Shown: positions 51,439-62,085, numbered from the stretch's first letter. The stretch is 64,000 nucleotides of DNA from Candidatus Methanomethylicia archaeon (GCA_038727515.1 JAVYVS010000005.1:1-64000), one strand, 5' to 3'. The notes: generated by a model not told the origin, from the sequence alone. Numbers and translations: made by a program.

Positions 51439-52185
51439 TTGTATACGACTGAAAGGAAGCTTATTAATGAGAATGGATTAAGACTGGATGGTAGGAGATG
51501 GAATGAACTTAGACCATTGAAAATCGAAGTTGGTATACTTTCAAATGTAGATGGTTCTGCACGTATAATTCAAGGTAGAACACATATTCTTGTTGGCGTA
51601 TATGGTCCAAGAGAAAGTTTTGCTAAACATATAAACTTGCCTGATAGAGCTATGATTAGATGTAGATATCGTATGGCACCTTTTTCTGTTGAAGAACGTA
51701 AATCTCCAGCTCCATCAAGACGTGAGATAGAGTTATCTAAAGTTATTAGGGAAGCTTTAGAACCTGCAATTATTGTTGATGAATTTCCAAGGACAACTAT
51801 AGATATCTTTATTGAAGTGTTAGAAGCTGATGGTGGTACTAGATGTGCAAGTATAACAGCTGCTTCCGTCGCTCTTGCTGATGCTGGGATTCCAATGAGA
51901 GATCTTGTTGCAGCGTGTGCTGTTGGTAAAGTTAATGGTCAAATGGTTATTGATTTATCTGATTTAGAAGATAAGTATGGAGAGGCTGATGTTCCTGTAG
52001 CGTGTATGCCAAACAAAAATATGATTACATTACTTCAAATGGATGGTGTATTAAGTGTTGATGAATTTACTAGTTTAATAAAGCTTGCTATGGAAAGCTG
52101 TAAACGTATAAATGAAGTTCAAAGAAACGCTTTAAAAAATGGGGTTTGGGAGGCTAAAGGAATTATATTGGAGGGATCGCTATGA
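51439..52185 (+). CDS. rrp41: Exosome exonuclease Rrp41
   Basis: [27 protein letters not shown]; start codon uncertain. Confidence 0.96.
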   Translation: MYTTERKLINENGLRLDGRRWNELRPLKIEVGILSNVDGSARIIQGRTHILVGVYGPRESFAKHINLPDRAMIRCRYRMAPFSVEERKSPAPSRREIELSKVIREALEPAIIVDEFPRTTIDIFIEVLEADGGTRCASITAASVALADAGIPMRDLVAACAVGKVNGQMVIDLSDLEDKYGEADVPVACMPNKNMITLLQMDGVLSVDEFTSLIKLAMESCKRINEVQRNALKNGVWEAKGIILEGSL

Positions 52186-53009
52186 CTACTCTATCAATTC
52201 CCATAAATAGGGATCTAGTATTAGCTTCACTTTCCAAAGGTGTTAGGACTGATAATCGAGGACTATTTGATTATAGACCTATAAAATTTGAGTTTAATGT
52301 TATAAGTAAAGCTAATGGTTCTGCAAGTGTTAGAATAGGTGATACATATGTTTTAGTAGGCGTCAAAGCTGAAATAGGAAAACCTTTTCCAGATACACCA
52401 AATGAAGGCGTTTTAATAGTTAACTCTGAATTTGTACCTTTAGCTTCACCTCAGTTTGAAGCAGGACCTCCAGATGAGAATTCAATAGAATTAGCCAGAG
52501 TTATAGATAGAGGTTTAAGACATGGTAATGCTATTGATCTAAAAGATTTATGTATTATTCCCAATGAGAAAGTCTGGATATTATGGGTGGATATATACAT
52601 TCTCGATCACGGTGGAGATCTTTTTGATGCCACATCTTTAGCTTCTCTTGCAGCATTAATGACTACACAGATACCGGTAACTGTGGTTGAGGGTACACAA
52701 GTATCTTTACATGAAGAAAAAAGACCTCTCAAAATAAATGATTACCCCATATCGGTAACTGTAAATAAGATTGGCCAATACTTATTTTTAGATCCAACTC
52801 TAGAGGAATTAAATTTTGTTGAAACGAGAATAACCATTTTTACAAATTCTAAAAAGGAAATATGTGCGATTCAAAAGGGGCTTCCAGGGGCTCTAAGTTT
52901 TGATGAAATTTCTAAAGCTGTAGAAATTGCAAAATCTAAGGGGGAAGAGTTAAGATTAACTTTATTAGACTCATTTAATAATTGGAAAAAGAGTATGGGA
53001 GGCATCTAA
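52182..53009 (+). CDS. rrp42: Exosome subunit Rrp42
   Basis: [30 protein letters not shown]. Confidence 0.96.
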   Translation: MTTLSIPINRDLVLASLSKGVRTDNRGLFDYRPIKFEFNVISKANGSASVRIGDTYVLVGVKAEIGKPFPDTPNEGVLIVNSEFVPLASPQFEAGPPDENSIELARVIDRGLRHGNAIDLKDLCIIPNEKVWILWVDIYILDHGGDLFDATSLASLAALMTTQIPVTVVEGTQVSLHEEKRPLKINDYPISVTVNKIGQYLFLDPTLEELNFVETRITIFTNSKKEICAIQKGLPGALSFDEISKAVEIAKSKGEELRLTLLDSFNNWKKSMGGI

Positions 53010-53010
53010 A

Positions 53011-53244
53011 TTGAGCCCAAAAAGTAAAGTTGGCCCAACTGGAAGATTTGGTGCACGTTATGGTTCTACCATTAGAGCTAGAGTTAGAAACATTGAAGTA
53101 TTAATGCATAGTAAACATAAATGTCCTAAATGTTATTCTGCTGGAAAGCTTAAAAGATTAAGTGTTGGAATATGGACCTGCAAAAAATGTGGTTATACCT
53201 TTGCTGGAGGCGCTTATTTACCTTCTTCCATTATGTTGAAATGA
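53011..53244 (+). CDS. rpl37ae: 50S ribosomal protein L37Ae (eL43)
   Basis: GRFGARYG, CPKC, GIWTCKKC, FAGGAY. Confidence 0.96.
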   Translation: MSPKSKVGPTGRFGARYGSTIRARVRNIEVLMHSKHKCPKCYSAGKLKRLSVGIWTCKKCGYTFAGGAYLPSSIMLK

Positions 53245-53248
53245 AAAT

Positions 53249-53794
53249 ATGAAAAGCACTTATATACGCTTCCTGATAACAATGTCTAGACGTAATAGCC
53301 CACGTACCAGAAGTTTTTGTAAAGACCTTTCATTTGCATTACCACATTCAATTAAGATTAATAGGGGGAAAATGTCTCTTAATGATTTACATCTAATATC
53401 TCTTCAAAATAAGTGTGATAGAGTTTTAATAGTCAGTACTGCAAAGGGTAATCCAAGGAGTATAACATTTTATTATGTAGATGAGAAGGAACTTATTCAA
53501 ATTAATCCACGACTCTACATTGTTGGTGTAAAACTTATGTTTGAAACGTTAAATGTTAAAAGAATTAAACCAAGTGACATTGTTATATGTTCTTCTGAAG
53601 AGCTTCTTCAACCAGCAATTATATTATCTAAACTCTTAAACTGTAGAGTAGTTTCCGATGCTGATGTTAAATTTCTTTCAAATACAATTTCGATCGTTAG
53701 TTTAAGTAGCGTTGAAGATGGATACTATAATATTTCCTTCACAAATTCACTTGGAGATATTATTGGTCCTACTATGAGAGTTAAGTTTATTTAA
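53249..53794 (+). CDS. Brix-domain ribosome biogenesis protein
   Basis: ITMSR..S.RTRSF..DL, INRGKMSL, KGNP, IGP. Confidence 0.88.
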   Translation: MKSTYIRFLITMSRRNSPRTRSFCKDLSFALPHSIKINRGKMSLNDLHLISLQNKCDRVLIVSTAKGNPRSITFYYVDEKELIQINPRLYIVGVKLMFETLNVKRIKPSDIVICSSEELLQPAIILSKLLNCRVVSDADVKFLSNTISIVSLSSVEDGYYNISFTNSLGDIIGPTMRVKFI

Positions 53795-53848
53795 ATACTC
53801 CATTTAACTTAATTTTATATATCATGATAACGTCTAGGGTTGTTGCTG

Positions 53849-54097
53849 ATGATGTTTGAAGTTGAAATAAATTTAGACCTTAAAGATGATCTTTTTTCAA
53901 AAATAGTTTTTGAGGCGCTACTTCCAGAAGTTTTAAATCCTCCATCAAGTAGGGTTAAGGTTTTTATGAATCATTCTCCACCGAAAATTTCATTATTCTT
54001 CTCTTCCGATAATCCCTCTTTATTAAGAGCAGCATTAAATTCCTTTCTTAGATTAATCATTTTGTTGGAAGAGATTATTAAAAGTCTTAGAATGTAA
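53849..54097 (+). CDS. pcc1: KEOPS complex subunit Pcc1
   Basis: ALLPE, LRAALNSFLRL; position before prefoldin beta. Confidence 0.85.
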   Translation: MMFEVEINLDLKDDLFSKIVFEALLPEVLNPPSSRVKVFMNHSPPKISLFFSSDNPSLLRAALNSFLRLIILLEEIIKSLRM

Positions 54098-54153
54098 AGT
54101 TTAATCGCAAATATTTTATTTTACCTTTTGATTGTTTATATGGGGTTGATAGC

Positions 54154-54516
54154 TTGGAGAGTAAATTTCCTCCTGAGATTGAAGAAAGAGTCGCGAAATT
54201 ACAAGATATTCAAGATCAACTAAGGTTAATTTTAATTAGGAAACAGCAATTACAACTTCAATTAGTAGAGTCTCAAAGCGCATTAGAAGAAGTAGAAAAA
54301 CTTTCAGATGATTGTGAAATATACAAAACTGCTGGGTACGTCATGTTTAAATCGTCTAAAAGTAAAATTTTGGAGGAATTAAGGGATAAGAGAGATACGT
54401 TAGAATTAAGGATAAAGACTTTGGAGAAACAAGAAGGGTTATTACGTAAACAATTTGAAGATTTAAGAAGAGAAGTTAATAGACTTTTATCTACAGTTTC
54501 ACAAAGTAATGTATGA
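54154..54516 (+). CDS. pfdB: Prefoldin beta subunit
   Basis: PPE, coiled coils flanking IYKTAG hairpin, LELRIKTLEKQE. Confidence 0.94.
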   Translation: MESKFPPEIEERVAKLQDIQDQLRLILIRKQQLQLQLVESQSALEEVEKLSDDCEIYKTAGYVMFKSSKSKILEELRDKRDTLELRIKTLEKQEGLLRKQFEDLRREVNRLLSTVSQSNV

Positions 54517-54677
54517 TTACATGATATTTCATTAAACTTTATAACTAGGGTTAAAGATTTTCCATTATTAAAATTCAATTGATTTATTTAGAAGGGGGAA
54601 TCTAATAAAAGGATGTGTAACAGCTTACCTTTACTTGTTTCAAAATTTCTAGGTAAGAATTATTTTAAAGTGTTTAT

Positions 54678-55691
54678 ATGAAGTTAATTGAAGTGGGTCC
54701 TAGTATGGGTGTGAATGATTTAGTAGGAGTTTTTAATAGGTTATCTCCAAGAAAGGTAGCTTTAACCTGCCATCATAATGCTGATCCTGACTCATTTGGT
54801 AGTGCATATGCCATTAGAGAATTCCTAAATAAACTATATGAGGATTTAAATGTTTTTATAGTAGTTCCTGAAGGGTTAAGTTCAGTATCAAAAAGGCTTT
54901 TCAGTATTCTTGGTGATGTAAATATTCTAGAAAATGTTGAAGTTGATGAAATTGACTTATTTATAATGGTAGACTCCATTTCCTTTATACAATTAGGTTC
55001 AATTGGGACTGTTGTGAAGGACTCAAATATTCCATTGATAGTTATAGATCATCATGAACCTACTGAAGAAACTGTTCATAGAGCTACATACATACTGTCT
55101 GATACTGGAGCTTCATCTACCGCTGAGATTGTTACGGATATGTATAGGGAATTTAATTTAGACATCAGTAAAAAGAGTTCTCTAGCTTTGCTTACAGCTT
55201 TAATTTATGATTCTAAGCGTTTTTCTTTTGCTTCATATAAAACTTTTGAAGCTGCTTCATTTCTCCTTCGTCATGGAGGTGATTATAGTTTAGCCTTATC
55301 TATACTTTCAGAACCTATGGATATTTCTGAGAAGATTGCTAGGTTGAAGGGTGCACAAAGATTAAAGTTTTTTAGAATCAATAAATGGTTAATATCCTTT
55401 TCAAATGTAAGTTCCTTTGAAGCTTCCGTGGCTAGAGCATTAATAGAACTTGGTAGTGATTTAAGTATAGTTATTGGTGGAGATGATGAAATACGTGTAA
55501 GTGCAAGATCCACTGAAGCCTTCTATAAAGAGACTAATTTCCATCTAGGTAGAGACCTTATGATACCACTTGGAGCTTTTATTGGAGGTTCTGGTGGAGG
55601 TCATTCTTTGGCTGCTGGTGCTAATGGCTATAAGAATAGGGATATGATACAAGATTTTTGTATGAATTTAATTTTGAGTAAAATAAGCTAA
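54678..55691 (+). CDS. DHH-family phosphoesterase (NrnA-like)
   Basis: HHNADPDS, VD, IDHH, DS.RF, SAR, GGGH..AAG. Confidence 0.92.
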   Translation: MKLIEVGPSMGVNDLVGVFNRLSPRKVALTCHHNADPDSFGSAYAIREFLNKLYEDLNVFIVVPEGLSSVSKRLFSILGDVNILENVEVDEIDLFIMVDSISFIQLGSIGTVVKDSNIPLIVIDHHEPTEETVHRATYILSDTGASSTAEIVTDMYREFNLDISKKSSLALLTALIYDSKRFSFASYKTFEAASFLLRHGGDYSLALSILSEPMDISEKIARLKGAQRLKFFRINKWLISFSNVSSFEASVARALIELGSDLSIVIGGDDEIRVSARSTEAFYKETNFHLGRDLMIPLGAFIGGSGGGHSLAAGANGYKNRDMIQDFCMNLILSKIS

Positions 55692-55759
55692 TTTTATTAT
55701 TAAGATCATTATAGTTTCCTTATGTATCAATAGTAAAATAGTTGGCTGGGGGTTTATGA

Positions 55760-56614
55760 GTGGGGATAATTGAAGTTCATGGATTATCATATAGATATCC
55801 AAACACTTCAAATTACGTCCTAAATGATATTTCACTCAATATAAATGAAGGTGAATTCGTAGTTATAACTGGACCTAGTGGTTGTGGTAAAACTACGCTA
55901 TGTAGATGTTTTAATGGTTTAATACCACATTTCTATGGTGGTGAATTTATTGGAGAAGTTATTGTTGATGGATTGTCTGTTAGAAATACGCCAACGAATA
56001 TTCTATCTCAAAGGGTTGGAATGGTTTTTCAAGATCCAGAATCTCAGCTTTTTTCATTGAGTGTTGAGAGGGAGATAGCGTTTGGACTTGAGAATCTTAG
56101 TGTAAGTAGAGATGAGATGATACATAGGATTAATGAAATTTTGGATTTAATGGGGATTAAACATTTACGTCATCGAGCTCCTTATGAACTTTCTGGTGGT
56201 GAGCAGCAAAAAGTTGCTTTAGCCGCATGTTTAGTTATGAAACCCAAAGTATTAGTTTTAGATGAACCTACATCACATTTAGATCCTGTAAGTGCTTTAT
56301 CATTGATTAATCTTTTAAATGATCTTAAAAATAAATTGAAATTAACTGTTATCATAGTTGAGCATAGATTGGAAGCCCTAGCTCCCATAAGTGACAGATT
56401 TATCATTATGGATAATGGTAAAATAGTTTTTGATGGAGATGTTAGAAAAATTTTCTCATTTTCAAATGCTAACATTATTAAAAGTATCGGTATAGGTATA
56501 CCAAAAGTAATCAGTTTATACTATGAACTTATGGAAAATGGATTGGTAATACGGGATGTTCCTCTAACTCCATCTATGTTAAGAGAATATCTTATGGAGG
56601 TGTTCAAAGGATGA
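55760..56614 (+). CDS. ecfA1: ECF transporter ATPase EcfA1
   Basis: GPSGCGKT, FQDP, LSGGEQQ, DEPT. Confidence 0.9.
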   Translation: MGIIEVHGLSYRYPNTSNYVLNDISLNINEGEFVVITGPSGCGKTTLCRCFNGLIPHFYGGEFIGEVIVDGLSVRNTPTNILSQRVGMVFQDPESQLFSLSVEREIAFGLENLSVSRDEMIHRINEILDLMGIKHLRHRAPYELSGGEQQKVALAACLVMKPKVLVLDEPTSHLDPVSALSLINLLNDLKNKLKLTVIIVEHRLEALAPISDRFIIMDNGKIVFDGDVRKIFSFSNANIIKSIGIGIPKVISLYYELMENGLVIRDVPLTPSMLREYLMEVFKG

Positions 56615-57423
56615 TTGAAGTAAATGATTTATGGTTTGATTATGATGGGCATCCAGTGTTAAAGGGGGTTTCATTTGAAATAAGTTCTGGAGAAATTGTT
56701 GCTATAATGGGTGAAAATGGCGCTGGTAAAACGACTCTTATTAAGCATTTTAATGGTTTATTAAAGCCCAAACGTGGGTATGTGAAGATTTTTGGTGTAG
56801 ATACTAGAGAAGTGACTGTGGCTCAACTTTCTCGAAAGGTTGGGCTAATTTTTCAAAATCCAGATCATCAACTTTTCGCAGAGACAGTTAAAGATGAGGT
56901 GTCTTTTGCTTTAAAAAATTTTGGTTTTCCTAAAGATGTTATTGAAGTTAGAGTTGAGAAAATACTTAAAATGTTGGATTTATATGATTTAAAGGATCGT
57001 TCTCCCTTTACTTTGAGTGGTGGTGAACGTAGAAGAGTTACCATAGCATCAGTTTTATGTTATGATCCTGACATTATTGTTTTTGATGAACCTACAGTTG
57101 GTCAGGATTATAGGAATAAAGAGAGATTGGCTAGGTTAATTAAGTTGCTACATACACAATCTAAAACCATTGTCGTTGTTACTCATGATATAGAATTTGT
57201 AGCTGAAAATATTCCCAGAGTTATACTTTTATCTTCAGGTAGAGTTATTGCTGATGGTAGTACACGTAGAATTCTCACAGATGAAAATTTAATTATGAAA
57301 GCTAACTTAGTATTACCTCAAATAACTCAAATTGCTTATTTTCTAAAGGATTTCGGTATTCCTAAAGATCTTTTATGGATCTCTGAAATTAGAGATTCTA
57401 TAATCAAAGTTTTTCGTAGGTGA
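56611..57423 (+). CDS. ecfA2: ECF transporter ATPase EcfA2
   Basis: GENGAGKT, FQNPDHQLF, LSGGE, DEPT.GQD. Confidence 0.9.
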   Translation: MIEVNDLWFDYDGHPVLKGVSFEISSGEIVAIMGENGAGKTTLIKHFNGLLKPKRGYVKIFGVDTREVTVAQLSRKVGLIFQNPDHQLFAETVKDEVSFALKNFGFPKDVIEVRVEKILKMLDLYDLKDRSPFTLSGGERRRVTIASVLCYDPDIIVFDEPTVGQDYRNKERLARLIKLLHTQSKTIVVVTHDIEFVAENIPRVILLSSGRVIADGSTRRILTDENLIMKANLVLPQITQIAYFLKDFGIPKDLLWISEIRDSIIKVFRR

Positions 57424-57429
57424 GTGTTT

Positions 57430-58173
57430 ATGTTGATTCTTAAAGCATTTGAATTTAAACGTGGCGATACCATTATACATAAGTTAGATCCACGTGTAAA
57501 GTTTATTTTCTCATTTTCTTGTTTACTATTGTCGTTCTTGTTTGGAAGCGTCATTATACTGTTTTGTATTCTCATAATGATACTTCCATTATTCTATATA
57601 TCAAAATCCTTAGGTAACTATCTTAAAAGTTTAAGGGGTGCTTTATTCTTTATGATAATTATCTTTTTATTAAATTATTTTACCTCTGGTATAGATATGG
57701 CTATATTGATCATTATACGATTAATTTTGATCATGTCTTCCTTTTCCATTTTCTTCTTAACAACCTATCCTGAAGATTTTGCACTTGCACTTGTGAGTAT
57801 TGGTATTCCTTATGATTTTGCATTAACATTTATAATGGCTATGAGATTTGTTCCCACATTGGCTAGGGAAGCTCAATTAATAATTGATGCGCAAAGATCT
57901 AGAGGATTGGAGCTGGATAAAGGTGCTTTTATAACTAAGTTGAAAAATTATATTCCAATACTAGTTCCACTAATTGTAAGTTCATTAAGGCGTTCAATGA
58001 GCGTAGCTGAAGCCATGGAGTCAAGGGCTTTTGGTGCATCTCCTAAGAGGAGCAGTTTAATTGAACTTTCATTTAAGAGGCGGGATTATGTAGCTTTAAC
58101 TCTTATAGTTTCATTTACAGTTTTAATGTTATTTTTAAAGTTTTACTTTCATATAGAAGACTACTTAAAATAA
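57430..58173 (+). CDS. ecfT: ECF transporter transmembrane component EcfT
   Basis: LDPRVK, TM helices, AQRSRG and AMESR motifs. Confidence 0.92.
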   Translation: MLILKAFEFKRGDTIIHKLDPRVKFIFSFSCLLLSFLFGSVIILFCILIMILPLFYISKSLGNYLKSLRGALFFMIIIFLLNYFTSGIDMAILIIIRLILIMSSFSIFFLTTYPEDFALALVSIGIPYDFALTFIMAMRFVPTLAREAQLIIDAQRSRGLELDKGAFITKLKNYIPILVPLIVSSLRRSMSVAEAMESRAFGASPKRSSLIELSFKRRDYVALTLIVSFTVLMLFLKFYFHIEDYLK

Positions 58174-58219
58174 CTTAACAACAAATAACAAATTAAATTT
58201 ATATTAAATTTATATTTAA

Positions 58220-58750
58220 TTATAGTTCACTACCTAATTTCACGCCTTCATCTATAGCTGCTAAATTTATTTCTATCATTCTTGTAACTCTATCTTTTAC
58301 AGCTTTTTTTAAAGCTTCTATTGTTACTACCTTCGTTTTTGAAACTAGATATCCAAGCATCACCATGTTCGCCACAATTCTATTATATTTCTCTTCAGCT
58401 ATTTTTGTTGCTCTTATTTTCAATGCTTTTTTCTCAAGCTCCTTTGGTATTTTAACTAAATCTTCATCTACAATTACTATCCCATCCTCTTTCAATATAC
58501 CTATATTCATATTAAATGCTTGTTGACTCATTGCAACTAGAATATCACATTTATCGATTATTGGGAAACCTATCTTTTCATTTGAAATCGTTACATCACT
58601 TATAGTTGATGTCCCTCTTGCTTCAGCTCCATAACTACCCATTACTGCAGCATTTTTACCATCTATTACTGCAGCTGCTCCAAGTATTTCACCAGCTAAT
58701 AATATTCCTTGTCCACCAAAACCACAAATTCTAATTTTCACTTTTTTCAC
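58220..58750 (-). CDS. 2-oxoacid:ferredoxin oxidoreductase gamma subunit (KorC-like)
   Basis: GFGGQG, SYGAEARG, NMVMLG. Confidence 0.92.
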   Translation of the reverse strand: MKKVKIRICGFGGQGILLAGEILGAAAVIDGKNAAVMGSYGAEARGTSTISDVTISNEKIGFPIIDKCDILVAMSQQAFNMNIGILKEDGIVIVDEDLVKIPKELEKKALKIRATKIAEEKYNRIVANMVMLGYLVSKTKVVTIEALKKAVKDRVTRMIEINLAAIDEGVKLGSEL

Positions 58751-59517
58751 CCTATTTGGTTTATATATTCTCCAATAATTATTTTCCCTTCAATATCTTT
58801 CTCATCCATTTCTTTTGCTCTAGATATTGGTATGGAGTTTTCCTTAAACCATTTTAACATTTCAAATGGCTTCTTAAATCCTGCATTTCTACCATATGCT
58901 GTTGGACATTGACTGATAACTTCTATAAATGCGAATTTATCTACTGGTATAACCTTTTTTATGGAATTCTTTAATGGTAACATATGATATGTAGTCCATT
59001 TAGCAACGTACGGTACCTTCATAGCTGCCATTATTTTAGCGACATCCAATGGTTTTTCTGGATTTCCAAATGGGGTTGTTGTAGTTTTTATTCCCTTTGG
59101 CGTTGTTGGTGAAACTTGACCTCCAGTCATTCCATATATCATGTTATTTACCATTATAACTTTTATTCCTATATCCCTTCTAGCTGCATGTATAAGATGA
59201 TTTAACCCTATCCCTGCAAGATCCCCATCTCCACTTATTACGAAAACATTCAATTCTGGTCTCATAATTTTTATTCCTGTTGCTACTGGAATAGCTCTTC
59301 CATGAAGTGTATGTATACTGTCTGCTTTAAAATGGGGTGACGGTATCCATGCTGCACACCCTATGCCACTACAAAATACAAAGTTTTTAAGATCTTCATA
59401 TCCTAACTCACTTATAGCTTTAAATAGTGCGTTAATTATCATTCCATTTCCACATCCTGGGCAGAATGGACTTGGTAAAACTTCCTCTCTAATATATCTT
59501 ATCGCATAATGTTTCAT
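58747..59517 (-). CDS. 2-oxoacid:ferredoxin oxidoreductase beta subunit (KorB-like, TPP-binding)
   Basis: FCPGCG, SGIGC, HGR, GDGD...N, YGMTGGQ, CPT. Confidence 0.94.
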   Translation of the reverse strand: MKHYAIRYIREEVLPSPFCPGCGNGMIINALFKAISELGYEDLKNFVFCSGIGCAAWIPSPHFKADSIHTLHGRAIPVATGIKIMRPELNVFVISGDGDLAGIGLNHLIHAARRDIGIKVIMVNNMIYGMTGGQVSPTTPKGIKTTTTPFGNPEKPLDVAKIMAAMKVPYVAKWTTYHMLPLKNSIKKVIPVDKFAFIEVISQCPTAYGRNAGFKKPFEMLKWFKENSIPISRAKEMDEKDIEGKIIIGEYINQIG

Positions 59518-59518
59518 T

Positions 59519-60652
59519 TCAAATCCTCCTTACAATTTCAATTATTTCTTGCGGCATAATTAATTCACCACCTCCTATCTTCGTTAATGATAATACTTTT
59601 GCTTTGCCATGTGTTGAACGTTGTACCTCCCTGACTAATTGACCTAAACTTAATTCTGGAACTATTATCATATTTACCTTATCAGCTAATTCTTCAACTG
59701 CCCAATCTGGAAATGGCCATATGGTCTTTAATCTTAAATGCGAGATTTTCACCCCCTCTTTCTCCAGTATTTCTATTGCTCCATAGGCTGATCTCGAAGA
59801 ACATCCATATGATACTATTCCAACCCTTGAATTATCCTCCAATTTTAATTCATATTCACATATCTTCTTCGAATTTCCCTCTATCTTATAATATAGTCTT
59901 GTAACCAATTTTCTATGAATTTTTGGATCAGAAGTCGCTCTATAACCCCATTCATTATGTGTAGATCCCGTCACTAATACGTTTAATCCCATACCCAATA
60001 ATGGCATTGGAGGGGCTTTTAATGGATCTTCTGAATCGAAGAATGGTTTAGAATCATCAATTGCTACTCTTCTATCTATTATTTCTATTTTTTCTGGAAC
60101 TTCCACAGGTTCAAATATGTGTGCAGTTAATTCATCTGCAAGTAATATCACTGGCGTCCTATACTCCTCCGCATAATTAAATGCTTTTATAGTTAAATCA
60201 AACATTTCTTGTGCAGAATTTGGTGATAATACTATAGCACTATAATCTCCATGAGTCCCCCATCTTGATTGGTAAAAATTTCCCTGAGCTCCTTTACTTG
60301 CTTGACCAGTTGCCGGCCCAACACGCTGTACTACAACTATTACACAAGGCGTTTCCGTCATAAATGCGTATCCTATACCCTCCTGCATTAAACTAAATCC
60401 TGGGCCGCTTGTTGCCGTCATAGCTTTTGCTCCTGCCCAGCTCGCCCCTATAATTGCATTTATAGATGCTATTTCATCCTCCATCTGCATGAATTTTCCT
60501 CCAACTTTTGGTAAAAGTTCAGATAATCGTTCTCCTATTTCTGATGCTGGCGTTATTGGGTATGCAGCAAAAAATCTACACCCAGCAATTATGGCTGCTT
60601 CCGCACATGCTATATTACCTTGAATAAAATACCTTCTACCTCTCTCAAGCAT
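59519..60652 (-). CDS. 2-oxoacid:ferredoxin oxidoreductase alpha subunit (KorA-like)
   Basis: YPITPASE, QMEDE, TATSGPGFSLMQE, QRVGP.TG, WPFP. Confidence 0.94.
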   Translation of the reverse strand: MLERGRRYFIQGNIACAEAAIIAGCRFFAAYPITPASEIGERLSELLPKVGGKFMQMEDEIASINAIIGASWAGAKAMTATSGPGFSLMQEGIGYAFMTETPCVIVVVQRVGPATGQASKGAQGNFYQSRWGTHGDYSAIVLSPNSAQEMFDLTIKAFNYAEEYRTPVILLADELTAHIFEPVEVPEKIEIIDRRVAIDDSKPFFDSEDPLKAPPMPLLGMGLNVLVTGSTHNEWGYRATSDPKIHRKLVTRLYYKIEGNSKKICEYELKLEDNSRVGIVSYGCSSRSAYGAIEILEKEGVKISHLRLKTIWPFPDWAVEELADKVNMIIVPELSLGQLVREVQRSTHGKAKVLSLTKIGGGELIMPQEIIEIVRRI

Positions 60653-60713
60653 TAATTTAACACCAGTATGGCATATTAATTTGTTTTACATTAAATTTTT
60701 TGGTGTATATGAT

Positions 60714-61403
60714 TTGACTTTAAGAGTATTTATTGATGAAAGAGAAAAGAATTGTAAAGTCCCCTCATATTTGAGAGAGTACGGCTTATATATAATATTT
60801 AAACAACTGCCTGTTGGTGATTATATAATTTCAAATGATTGTGCTATTGAACGTAAGAATGTTAGAGACTTTGTTAATAGTGTTATTGAAGGGAGACTTT
60901 TCGATCAAGCTGATAGGCTTTCTCAATCTTATCTTAAATCTGCGATAATTATTGAAGGTGATTTAGAGTATATTTATGGATCTTTAAAAGCTGGAATAAA
61001 AGCTTTTTATGGAATTTTATCATCTATATGGCTGAATTTAGGTGTTGCCTTCTTTTTCACTAGAGATGAGCAGGATACTGCTCAATTAATATACTCGATG
61101 ATCAAACATGAACAGGAGGGATTTAGAAAAGTTATTACGGTAAAAGGGAAGTCAAAGTATACTAGTATTAGTGAAAAACAATTATTAACCGTTAGTAGTT
61201 TTCCTGGAATAGGCAATAAACTTGCCATTAGGTTACTTAATAAATTTGGTTCTTTAAAGAACATTATACTTGCTTCTGTAGCTGAATTGTCAATGGTTGA
61301 AGGTTTAAGTAGAAGTAAAGCTGAAAAACTAGTTGAATTCTTTAATGCTAAATTTGAAGGTTTGAATTCTACTACTAAACAGAGTAAGTTAAATTTAAGT
61401 TAG
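60714..61403 (+). CDS. xpf: XPF/ERCC4 structure-specific endonuclease, short form (nuclease + HhH2)
   Basis: DERE, GDY...IERK...D, GRLFDQ, PGIG HhH; no helicase domain; start approximate. Confidence 0.92.
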   Translation: MTLRVFIDEREKNCKVPSYLREYGLYIIFKQLPVGDYIISNDCAIERKNVRDFVNSVIEGRLFDQADRLSQSYLKSAIIIEGDLEYIYGSLKAGIKAFYGILSSIWLNLGVAFFFTRDEQDTAQLIYSMIKHEQEGFRKVITVKGKSKYTSISEKQLLTVSSFPGIGNKLAIRLLNKFGSLKNIILASVAELSMVEGLSRSKAEKLVEFFNAKFEGLNSTTKQSKLNLS

Positions 61404-61454
61404 TTAATAGAAAAACTTTAACTATCAGTATTTATAATCTTTTAATGGATTAAA

Positions 61455-62066
61455 TTGCCACTAGAAGCTATGAGAGACTTTTTTAACATAATCATAACCT
61501 TCATCAGTAAACTTTCATCTATCATAGATGAATCTCAAGTTGAAAAATTAATTGACATATTAATATATGCTCAAGCGGCAAAACACTCAATTTTCGTTGT
61601 TGGTGCTGGTAGATCTGGACTTGTTGCACGTGCCTTCGCCATGAGATTAATGCATTTAGGATTTCAAGTGTATGTAATTGGAGAAACAATAACTCCTGCT
61701 GCTGGGAAAGGTGATGTATTGTTAGCCATATCTGGTTCGGGTAGTACAGGTATAGTTGTTAATGTAGCTCAAGCTGCAAAGAAGGTTGGTTGTACTATTG
61801 TAGCTATAACTTCACATGTGGATTCACCACTTGGTCAATTGGCAGATCACATAGTTTACATTCCTGGTAGAACAAAAGTATCTGAAACCACTGATTACTT
61901 TTCTAGACAAGTTTTAGGTTTACATGAACCATTAGCTCCTCTTGGAACTCTATTCGAAATAGCTGCAACCATATTCTTAGAATCTCTTGTTGGAGAACTT
62001 ATGAAGAGGCTTGGAAAAACTGAAGAAGATTTAAGAAGTAGACATGCAACACTAGAATCTTTATAA
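61455..62066 (+). CDS. hxlB: 6-phospho-3-hexuloisomerase
   Basis: GAGRSG, FAMRLMHLG, GETITP, SGSG.T, PLGTLFE, RHATLE. Confidence 0.95.
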   Translation: MPLEAMRDFFNIIITFISKLSSIIDESQVEKLIDILIYAQAAKHSIFVVGAGRSGLVARAFAMRLMHLGFQVYVIGETITPAAGKGDVLLAISGSGSTGIVVNVAQAAKKVGCTIVAITSHVDSPLGQLADHIVYIPGRTKVSETTDYFSRQVLGLHEPLAPLGTLFEIAATIFLESLVGELMKRLGKTEEDLRSRHATLESL

Positions 62067-62085
62067 CATGAATTATGAATAAATA

